This document shows, one piece after another, positions 53,801-64,000 of a stretch of DNA of 64,000 nucleotides (its first letter is position 1; every line of letters begins with the position of its first letter). The DNA lies in assembly GCA_964247055.1 (NCBI GenBank), contig OZ176050.1, forward strand, positions 14,880,001-14,944,000. The letters run 5' to 3'. The stretch is from Paragordius varius (taxonomy: Eukaryota; Animalia; Nematomorpha). The notes beneath the pieces are model-generated. The model was not told the DNA's origin. It did not search any database and was given only the letters and a program-made list of their open reading frames with translations. Position numbers and translations under genes: made by a program.

Positions 53801-54463
53801 GTAACAAAGTTAAAATTGCGTTGTTTTATCTAAAAGGCATTATAATAAGGCTGGCAAATGGCCTTGGAATTAAAAGCTTTGCCATTTTATAAATTATTCT
53901 GGTTAATTGTTATGCAAAATGGATTAAATATTTCAAGTTGCATATAATATTATATATAATTATGCATACCTATATAGTATGGTTTACGAATAAATTATGT
54001 AAAAAAAATTAAAAGAATATTAATTGTGCTTAATTTAAGATAACAAAATATTTACAAAAAAACGGTATATAAATTACTTATGGAATAACTGCAGATGGCA
54101 GAAGGTTTATGGGCATAAGAAGCGGGCGGAAAATAATCCAAAAGATTGCTTAGAGCTGGTGGAATGGATTGATTGTATTCTGGCGTGATGATTATAAAAG
54201 CATCACTATCTACAATGTCTTTATTAATTGCATGTAAAATCTGAGGCGCATCTTTCGGATCCTTATAGAAATGTAGTGGGCAGCGTACAATAGGTAAATT
54301 TAATTCGAGCGGATCTAATGGAAATGTAAAAGCAAAAATATATACCTAATAATTTGAATTCATGGGCTGTATGCGATAACTTTTCCATAAGAAATTTAGC
54401 GACACGCAAGCCATGTCGATTATCTCGTACGGTTCCAAGAAAAACTAAATACTTTAAAGTCAT
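50875..54463 (-). CDS. NADPH-dependent FMN reductase (flavodoxin-like, FMN_red / quinone-chromate reductase family), 194 aa; exons 54463-54346, 54314-54078, 51104-50875
   Basis: The spliced product MTLKYLVFLGTVRDNRHGLRVAKF...LLDPLELNLP...DAFIIITPEYNQSIPPALSNLLDYFPP..KPSAICSYS..LGGVRCAIQLRGMLIELG...QLEWYA contains the family GTVR..R.G, PEYN.S.P.AL.N..D and KP motifs. Both introns are GT-AG in phase 1. Confidence 0.93.
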
Positions 54464-55136
54464 GTGGAATTAATAAGGTAAACAAGGTGAGATTCTCATA
54501 TGCTTTCACGAGGTAAAGGTATACACATTTAATTTTCAAAATTTTATATATACCTTATATAGCATAAACTTTAACACTCAATTCGAATTGGAGTATCTAA
54601 ATATCCAGATTATGTTTGAATCTATATTTTTTAAACGGTATCAATTTTAATTTATGCTTAAATCCTATAAAAATTATATAAAAAGGCCAAAAGATCTAAA
54701 TAAAATTTAATATTACAATAATTCCATGTCAGACTACTTCGACCCATTTTTAATAGTTTCTGCAGAATATTGTGTATATTTGATTTTTAAGATAAAATTG
54801 AAGCAAATTTTTTTTTAAATTACATCTAACATTGATAGAAATAAAAAAGATGTTTATTTTGTATAATACAATGCACACATGCTAGGTTGACTAAGTTTTT
54901 ACCTTTGAGTTCACAACAAAATAAGTAATATCAAGTATTTTTGAATAAATTTTTTTAGATATTTCAGTTTATTAATATTGTATAGGTGCAAAATTTTGCC
55001 ATGGTTATGATTCCCTCCATATTTTTTATAATATTTAATTTTAAACAGGCCTAAGGTATCCAACTCCCCCAATTTGAATCGAAAGACTGTAATGTGTATC
55101 GAAGTGTTAAGCTTTAAATTTAAATAAAATATATAG

Positions 55137-58086
55137 TCCATATATTTATAAAAATGGACAGTGGTAGCTCTGTGATCTGTTTCCGACCGGTACACCCATT
55201 TAAATCCAAATATCTAAAAATAATCATCCCCGACAATAGCTTCGCCCTTTTTTTAATTAGGCCCCCAGTTCAGGCCCACCCCGTGTACAAAACATTTTTT
55301 TTAAAACAGAAGTCTACATAAAATCGTGTCTTTGAGACAGTTTTCCGGAAAACGTGTTGAACCATTCAATTTATATGATCATTGTTTAGTCATTTTCGAT
55401 TGCGCCGAATATAGTCGTCGCTTTTTTAATTTAGGCCCTCTTTTTACCCGCTCCCCCCGTAAAATGCCATTTTTTCAAAAATAAGTCGATAAAAATCATT
55501 TTTTGAATCTATTTTTCGCCCAGGGTATGAGACCGTAAAAATTCAATGAGGGACCAGGTATTATAAAAGGCAAAAATTTTAATGATGCGTTTTTTGTATT
55601 GGCAGCTGGGTAAAAATATCCGCTAAAAACTGCCCCGTCATATCAAAATAGCGTGCCTTTGGGGCTAAATTTCAAAAGGCCTATCAGGCCATATGGGTTT
55701 ACTAGCTCCTTATATTATTACCTGTAACAAATTCAGGTCGTAGGTTGTTTAAAATTAGCCTCAATTAGGCCCTTCACCCCTGAAAAATGCCATAGAATGA
55801 TTTTTTAGTTTTGAGGCAATTTTTTTAAAAACTAATGAGAGCATAAGGAATCAATCATGATTCCAGATATTCTCCGTAAAAAGCATAAATTTTAACAAGG
55901 GCTTTTTTTATCACCTTCTGGGTAGGGAGCTACCGGCCTAAAACTGTGCCACCACATCAAAATTGCGTTGTTTAGGAGTCAATCAGAAAACTTATTAGGA
56001 CACTGTTAAAAGGGTTATCATCATACGCAAATTATCCTTCTCTTTTTTAGTGCATAATACACTTTGGTCCTTGTTACGTTAAAAATATATATTACCTTGG
56101 TTGTGAATGCAAATTATTTTATTTATACTTATTATCTTTAACTACGTTTAAACCACACAACTTTATCCTTGTGAATGCAATAACCAAATTTCCTAATGTA
56201 TATAAGGAATCATTGTAACACACAGAACACATTATATTATATTATTCAGTTTTGATGTTATACTAAATAAATAAATATATCCTTTATAATTTATATTAAC
56301 TATTTGTCAACTGGCGCGGTCGATAAGTTAATATAAATTATAAAGGATATATTTATTTATTTAGTATAACATCAAAACTGAATAATATAATATAATGTGT
56401 TCTGTGTGTTACAATGATTCCTTATATACATTAGGAAATTTGGTTATTGCATTCACAAGGATAAAGTTGTGTGGTTTAAACGTTGTTAAAGATAATAAGT
56501 ATAAATAAAATAATTTGCATTCACAACCAAGGTAATATATATTTTTAACGTAACAAGGACCAAAGTGTATTATGCACTAAAAAAGAGAAGGATAATTTGC
56601 GTATGATGATAACCCTTTTAACAGACACATAAGTATATTAAGGGCCAGAAATATTACCCGTAAAAAGGCAAAAATTTAAGTCGAGTGGTTTTTTAAATAA
56701 GCCGTTAATTAGGCCCTATTCGCCCTAAAAAATAAGCTAACTATCTAATTTTGTAGCCATTCTACCAAAAAATATTTAAAACATATGGAATAAATGATGA
56801 TTCGAGGTATTCCCCTATGAAGGCAATTTTTATCGAACGTCTTTTTTATTATGGCTTCTGGTTAGGGGGCCACCTGCCTACAACAGCGTTACCATATCCA
56901 TACAGCGTGAATTTGAAGGCAAATTATCAGGACATATCAGTTTTATAAGGGCCTGAAATATTCCGTAAAAAGGCAAAAATTTAAGTGGAGCTGTTTTATT
57001 AATTTTTAACTAATTAGGCCCTTGCACTGAAAAATGCGCCACCATAGAATGACTTTTTGGTTTTGAGGCATTTTTTTCGAAAATCCCACGAGAGCATATA
57101 GAATCAATCATGATTCTAGGTATTACCCGAATTAAGTCAATTAATCGAGTGTTTTTTGTTTTGCCCCTGATTAGGGGGCTACCCGCATAAAACTGCATCA
57201 CTATATCGATACAGGTTTTAGAGTCAAATTTCAGGGATAATAGGGAAATATTTTCTGGATATTTCCATATATTCCCGATATAAAGGCAAAAATTTTGCCC
57301 AACGTTTTTTCCTGCTTCTCATAAGGAGCTACCCGCCAAAGACTGCGCCACTATATAGTAATGGCTTTGTTTTGGAGCTAATTTACAGAAAATTTATGAA
57401 GCAATATGAGCTCATTAAAATCTTGAAATATTACCCGTAACTGGGTAAAAATTAAGGTCACGCGTTTTTTTAGCCGCTAATTTGGGTGGCCTTTATGCCT
57501 TAATAATACGCCATCAATAACGATTATTTAATGTTGCGATATGTTTTTGAATAACCCATGAGACGATGGTATCAAAGATATCCAAATAATTGCCCTATAA
57601 AGGCAAAAAATTTAACTCAGCGCTTTTTCCATATTGGTCTATCGGTAGGGTTCTACGGGTTTAAAAGAGCTATTTTTCAAAAAACTTAAGAAGCCATACG
57701 AATTCAGTTCGTAATTCTGCGGAATTTGTATAATATCATTCTTTCCTCAAAAAAGGGACCACAAATGATTTACTTTTTATATCCCTTGATCCCAGCTGTG
57801 TGAACTCATTTTCTAAATTAAACTTTTAACCATGATTTCGTAAAAGGAAAATCTTAAAATAAATCCAATGATTGTTAAATATTTTTAATAAGAGAGTGTT
57901 TAAATATGGTTAATTTCGAGTAAACAATATTTGAGCCTATGCAGAAACTCGTAAATGAATAATTATATACATTCTTTATTAAATATGTTTTTTATTTTTT
58001 ATCTCCATTACCTCTATTTATTGCAAATTATTAAAAATAAATTATCGATGAGACTACCTAGCAGCGAAGCGTGACAGGGCCAACAG
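55137..58086 (+). mobile_element. Helitron subfamily A, second copy, with diverged ~157-bp internal subrepeats
   Basis: 5' TCCATATATTTATAAAAATGG, then one monomer-like unit and old subrepeats. 57520-57985 is homologous to 21120-21620 and is followed directly by the 3' tail homologous to 47275-47369. Confidence 0.8.
56004..56623. mobile_element. 620-bp near-perfect palindromic insertion (298-bp arms, 24-bp spacer), TGT...ACA ends, 5-bp TSD
   Basis: 56004-56301 is the reverse complement of 56326-56623, with one mismatch seen by eye. It is flanked by GACAC at 55999-56003 and 56624-56628. Confidence 0.9.
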
Positions 58087-58499
58087 TTATCAGTAATAAT
58101 TTTTAAAAATGTTTTATTGGAAAAATTCATATTCAAACATAATATTTGTTTATACTTTCATTCGATTCAAATTGGGGTAGTTGGATACCCCAGGCCTGTT
58201 TAAAATTAAATACTTTAAAAATATAAAAGGAATCGAAACCGTGGCAAATGTTTGCACTTATATAACAAATTAAACCGAAATATATAAATTTTAAAAAACT
58301 TGTACTTATGGTAATGTAGTAAAAATTTAGTCAAGTCACATGTGTGCATTGGCTTTGAAAAAATACAAAATTAACCACTTTTTTTATTTCTATCAATGTT
58401 AGATGTAATTTAAATAAAAAATAGTTTTAATTTTACCTTTTTTAAATAAACACAGTTGTAATGAATTTTATTCAGTTTTATAGACTTGGGTTGGTTCTT

Positions 58500-58790
58500 C
58501 AATAGTTGATTTAAATAATTAGTTTTATAATCACATTGTTAATAATCAGTTGTTCATAAATTGTAATTATTAATCAGTTGTTTTTAATCAGTTGTTTTTA
58601 TTAATTAGTTGTTTTTGTTAATTAGTTGTTTTTATTATTCAGTTGTAATTATTAATCAGTTTTATTTAATTAGTTTTAATTAGTGTTTAAATTAATCAGT
58701 TGTTTAAAGTCAATTGTTTTATTCAATCATGTTTAAAGTCAGTTGTTTTATACAATCAGTTGTTTAAAGTCAGTGTTTTAATTAACACTT
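58500..58790. repeat. Degenerate short tandem repeat (TTAATCAGTTGTT-like units)
   Basis: About 15 imperfect copies of an (A)ATCAGTTGTT / ATTAGTTGTT core. Confidence 0.75.
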
Positions 58791-60070
58791 GGATACATTA
58801 CATTCATTTTAGTCCTTCGATTCAAATTGTGTTTAAAATTAAATAATTTTAAAATTATGGAAGGAATAGAAACCATGGCATTTTGCACTTATGTAACATT
58901 AAACCGATATATATAAAACTTTCAAAAATACTTGATATTACTTATTTTAAGAAAAACCCAAAGGTAAAAATTTAGTCAACGTGACATATGTGCATTGGCT
59001 GAATTGAAAAATAATAAAAAATAAATTTTATTTCTATCTATGTTAAATAAAAAATTAGTTTTAATTTTACCTTTTTTAAATATATACTATATTTTGTGAA
59101 AATATTGTAAAAGATGGCGTCAAAGTAGTTCATGGAACTTTTTTTTAAATTGAAATTTTATCTAGATATTTTGGTTTTGTTATATAATTTTTATTAGGAT
59201 AGAGGCATAAATTTAAGTTGGGACAGTTTTAGTGGTTTTTTTTTAAAATATTAATTTTCTGGGAATCTAAGTGTTAATAGATTATACCCTTTGGGAAAGA
59301 TTTATATCTCAAAGTTTCGAGTTTATTTAAAAATATGTCCTAAGTCAGATCAAATTTAATCCTATTACACTTTTGGGCACTTTGTCAACACTTTTGACCT
59401 TTTCATTTTTTTGCACGCGATGACATACCGGGATAATTTTTTATCCCAAAACTTAAATTGCCAAACATACTAATGTTTTTTGGTTAAAATTTAATTTATT
59501 AATCTTCTGTTGTATTAATAAATTTACAATTTTTACCCTTTTTTGACTTTTAGAGTCAAAAGGAGATAACTCCAAAACATGATTGAAACAAGCTAATATT
59601 TTAATTAATAATATCAAAAATTTGTTGATAAATTGTAATTTGAAAGCTTTCGAGATTTTATATTTAGCTATATTTTACATTTATTTGCGTTTTTTAATTG
59701 ACGATTTAACTAAATCTCTTAAAATACAGTAAATAGTACATTGTATAATACGAATCCATTTGAAACTTAAACTTTATTTATTCAGTTGTGGATGAATATA
59801 TTTTGGGATCTTTAAATAAAAAACTATTTTTTTAAGATAATTTTTTTGGATAAATAATTTATTTGAAAATGCATACGCATTAACAATTAAGATTATTCAC
59901 TCACACAATATCAGAAAAGATCGATGTGTAACAATTAATTATATGTTTTGCCTGCTAAGTTTTATATTTTTAAACTATAATTAGCTTAGGTGCTGACCAC
60001 CGTTTATGAATGAGGCAATAAACTATTTGGTTTATGTTAGTATACATAATATTTTTTTCAATATAGCAAC

Positions 60071-63000
60071 ATGAAGTTCAGTATATCGCTATTCATTATT
60101 TTTGGCCAATATGGATATATTCTTAACCGTATTAAATAATATTATTAAAACAGATCTTAGCTGCTTTTGCAATTCTTGTGAGAATCATTACTGTAAAACA
60201 CTTTCTTCCGGTAGCTGTTATACTACAATAAATAACCCTTTAGGCGGAGTTCATTATGGGTTTTTACATTAATTATTTTTTTTCATGGGTTTAATTTAGA
60301 TTGAATGTAATTACATTTAAAAAATAAAGGCTCCTATCTATTGTTTACAATATATGTAGAACGCTCAAAATTTTATATTTAAAACAATCCTAATTACGTA
60401 TATAAAGGTTTATTAGTGTTGAGGCTTTGCTAAAATTTAATATCCTAAATATTATATTTTTTGTTTTATTTTATAAGTTTTTGTTGTATACTAATGTGAC
60501 CAGATATTTTGAATATGGAGGCAGTACAAAAATAAAACATACTTTGCCTGTTTTTATACTATCGATGTGGTATATTACACAGTTTCCACAAAAAAATATC
60601 CTGATGAAATATATATTTTCTGATAGGAAAATATTAGGATTATCATGGTACTTTTGAATTTAACCTTTACGAGTTATTTAAGAAAGTTATTAACACTTTT
60701 GTAATAGGTGCTCTGTTTAAAATTGCAAAATGTGCGCAATTTTTTTAAATATATTTTTTGGTGAAAGCTAAATATTTCATTTCAAAAATATACCATTTGC
60801 TCTTCAAAAGTGTCCTTGAACACTTCAAGTAGGTCCTTGAACAATTCAAGTTGGTCCTTGAACAATTCAAGTTTGTCCTTGAACATTTCAAGTTGGTCCT
60901 TCAACACTTTAAGTTGGTCCTTAAAATTTATAAATTTTGATTTAACCATAATTTTTGCATTTATTTTTTTATTTATTATTTATTAACCTAATTTTTTTAT
61001 TTATTATATATTTATTATTTAAAAATAAAAATTTTTATTTAAAAACCACTTTTTTGTTTCAAACTATTTTTTTTCAATTGAACAAAATTGTTGACTTTTA
61101 AATGTTTTTAATGAAAAATTTTAATTAATAACCCAGAAAAATTATATATTTTTTCGTTTCGTGTTAAAATCTCATAAATATCCAAAATTATTTTAGGAAA
61201 TTAATAAAGATATACGGTTTCTCAAAGATTAAAAGTTGATATCGATTTCTAATTTATGTTAAATAATAGAAAATGGGTTAAAAACAATAAAATAGATGAA
61301 TTTTTTACGATTTGATTGGTAAAAGTTAAAAACAAAATAAAAAGTCAAAGGACCAACTTGAAGTGTTTAAGGACCAGCTTGAAATGTTCAAGGACACTAT
61401 TGAAGTGCAAATGGTATATCACTAAAATATAACATAAACTACATATAAAAAGCAAAAAATATTTTTAAAATTTTAAATTTTTAGATGTGTGCTTAAAAGC
61501 GAAAATTCCGACATTGTGCAATAATTTTAAATATATACTAAACTTTGATATCAACTAAATATATTAAAAAATGCACACTTTCAAAAATTTAATTTTTAGC
61601 AAATTTTGTTCAAGCGTACTTCATATTATTTTTAAGACTACGATATAAACGATTGAGATGATATAACATTTTATATATATAATTCGATAATGCTAATTCT
61701 CAATCAAAATTTTGTTAAAATATTCGTGCGTTTTTAGATTTATGTTAAATAAAAATTGTGACCAAAATTTGCAAGCAAAACCTTCAAATTAAACATCTGA
61801 ACCTATAGTAATGTTCAACATCATCGAATTATTTAGAAAAAGGGATATATTATATCTTAAAGCGTTATACCGTTTCCATCATGCTTCAAAATCGTTAGAA
61901 GTACGCTTCAACAAAATATCTCAAATTTGTTTATGCAAAAAATAAGAAAATTTTAAAAATTAAAGTGTAGGAAAAAAACTAAGTAATATCTACCCCCCAC
62001 CTAATGAGTATAAAAAACTTAAAAACTCTAAATATTTAATACGAAAAAATGTTATTTCGAAACATATGCCATATATAAAAAATTTCATATAATATGTTAC
62101 GGGAATAACGAATTTCTATATTTTCCGTTTGATAATTATAATAAAAAATGAACTTTCTAAGATCAAACATTTATTAAAATATTAAAAATTTTGTTAATTT
62201 TAAATGTTGAAGTACCTATTTTTACAGAAGCCCTGAGTGAAAGAGCCATTAGCCTGAATCTTGAGTCCGAGATTTATATTTTCGCCACTGCGCGAAAGGC
62301 TGCAATCTTAAGTTTTATGTATGATTCGAGCAGAAATAAAATATTATTAACCAATTAAAAAAAGGCCAATAGTATTTTACCGCAAAATGAATCATTTCTT
62401 TACAAATTATGGGGTAATTACAGAGGGTACTATATTAAGTTTTAAAATTATTTTTTTGAATAAATAAAAGGTAATTGATATATATTTATAAATAACTATT
62501 TTTTTTAATTTAAAAAGCAGTACAAAAGTGGGTGCAGTACAGGCGCAGTTTTTTTCTGAAAACCCAGTACTGTACTGCGAAAAACAGCCTATCTGGTCAC
62601 ATTATTGTATACTCAACTTTTTGTTAAATCTATCCTTTTGAAACTGATCTGATGTTTTTACTGTATTAGCCTACATATTTAAAATTATATTTTCTAATTA
62701 TTTGCCAGCAAATTTTGTAAAACCAATATAAAACATAAACTTAATTCTGCTTTGAAATTCTATATTAACCCAAATCTTTTTTGAATTTATCCCATGTAAA
62801 AAATTGCCAAGTGTGAAAGTACAGCCAAAAATTGATATTAAAGTACATTAATTTAATAAAAATTTGGCAGTCTAATTCTTTTAGAAATAAATATTGAATT
62901 ATCTTAACATGTTTGATATCAATTTATATTGGCTCGATTAAAAATAAAATTTATAGTATTTCAACCTACTTAGTTGAATCTTTTCAAAACGTATCGTTTA

Positions 63001-63605
63001 TATTAAAAATATTGCTAATTAAAATCATAAAATTGTAAATAAAATTAATTCCGAATGACAAATAGTTAACGAATAAACTTGAAATATAATGAAACATTTT
63101 TATTTTGTTTTAAATCGCATTCATAGCCAATATAATTATTTATATTTAACAAAAATGCAAAAATTATGTCTTAGATGTCAAGCATAAACTCCAAAAAACT
63201 CTTTTAAAATTTAAAATTAATCGATTCATATATACTATAATAAACAGTTTATATCTTCATAATACTGGCAATCAGCTGTTTGGCTCATTTTTGAATTGCA
63301 TGTGTTATTATATGAAATCTCCAAATTTAATAGGGATTCGCAAAACCCATCATTTTATTTAAAAATTAATTCAAACGTACCAACGGATCGCGAATTATAA
63401 TTAATTGAATATTATTTTAAACAGGATATAGATGCTTAGATATGATATATTGTTATATAGATGCACTAATTATGGAGTAAAATGGTTTGTTTGTACTTTG
63501 GATGGCAATCTCAATTCCTCCAATTATTATGGAAACCGACCTCTACAATATCCTGATGCGGCGCATGTAATCTGTTGCAATGACAGTAGTTGGTGTAATT
63601 ATAAC
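60071..63605 (+). CDS. TGF-beta/activin type I receptor Ser/Thr kinase, 5' part (signal peptide plus ectodomain); exons 60071-60128, 60154-60259, 63461-63605; the rest probably lies beyond the window
   Basis: Spliced: MKFSISLFIIFGQYGYILN-H-LSCFCNSCENHYCKTLSSGSCYTTINNPLGGVHY-G-CTNYGVKWFVC...VICCNDSSWCNYN. This is the 10-Cys type I receptor pattern (CxC..C, FVC, CCx5CN box). The phase-2 join GG|A restores the conserved GC, and there is a strong GTGAGT donor at 63606. Confidence 0.85.
60791..61416. mobile_element. MITE family 1, copy 4, in intron 2 of the receptor gene (body in opposite orientation to copies 1-3)
   Basis: TACCATTTGCTCTTCAAAAGTGTCCTTGAAC plus 21-mers ... GTTCAAGGACACTATTGAAGTGCAAATGGTA; TA flanks. 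Confidence 0.9.
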
Positions 63606-64000
63606 GTGAGTTTAAACACACTCTCGGACGATCTTTTAAGTTAATTAAGCTGTTATGTTTTATAATTTTTTTATTGATTCAAAACAATTTTTATCAATAC
63701 ATCTAAGGATAAGACTTAAATTGTGCCCTTGGTCTGTTATCTTTTGCCTAGGACTAACATAGATAGAGAAATGTAGAGTTTCGGGGTAATTTCAATTATA
63801 TATTTTTTAGGAATTCTAAACTAAACACCTACTTTCTCCTATTACGACAATGACTCTCATATTTTACTGTTACTAATGCCCATGATTTTATAAATAACAT
63901 GATTTCTTAGCACAGCAATATAATTTATCTGTTTTATAGATATGATTATTTTTTTGTTTGGAAGAAAAGTTTTATGTATTTTGATCAAATTAAAACGTAA

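Larger units (their letters stand above)
54785..58445. mobile_element. Long inverted-repeat (foldback/MITE-like) element, arms ~54785-55090 and ~58160-58445, with a Helitron A copy in its centre
   Basis: AAACAGGCCTAAGGTATCCAACTCCCCAATTTGAATCGAAAG and flanking sequence is the reverse complement of CTTTCATTCGATTCAAATTGGGGTAGTTGGATACCCCAGGCCTGTTT. A further partial arm lies at ~58810-59085. Confidence 0.7.

Noticed and set aside
50875-54463. Bacterial contamination suggested by the reductase family
   Set aside because: The gene has two GT-AG introns and is embedded among eukaryotic TEs, next to a TGF-beta receptor gene.

Overview
AT-rich, intron-containing animal genomic DNA, probably from an invertebrate; it is not prokaryotic. 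A ~25.6-kb non-autonomous Helitron (21621-47269, minus strand, canonical A|TC...CTAG|T ends) dominates the window. Its interior has expanded into ~53 tandem ~474-bp monomers. It sits inside a related Helitron, which in turn sits inside a hAT-type shell with an 8-bp TSD. A 1.8-kb sibling (48508-50303) and a second copy of the host Helitron (55137-58086) show the unexpanded states. Two host genes are well supported: a complete 3-exon NADPH-dependent FMN reductase (minus, 50875-54463) and the first three exons of a TGF-beta type I receptor (plus, from 60071). Both appear to need very short introns (31 and 25 nt). Two weaker, probably paralogous, multi-exon genes for unknown extracellular proteins lie at 5.8-11 kb and 14.7-19.7 kb. 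The rest is TE relics: Gypsy, two RTE LINEs, Tc1-like, several MITE families, a tRNA-derived SINE and a 620-bp near-perfect palindrome with a 5-bp TSD. All alignments, counts and translations were done by eye.
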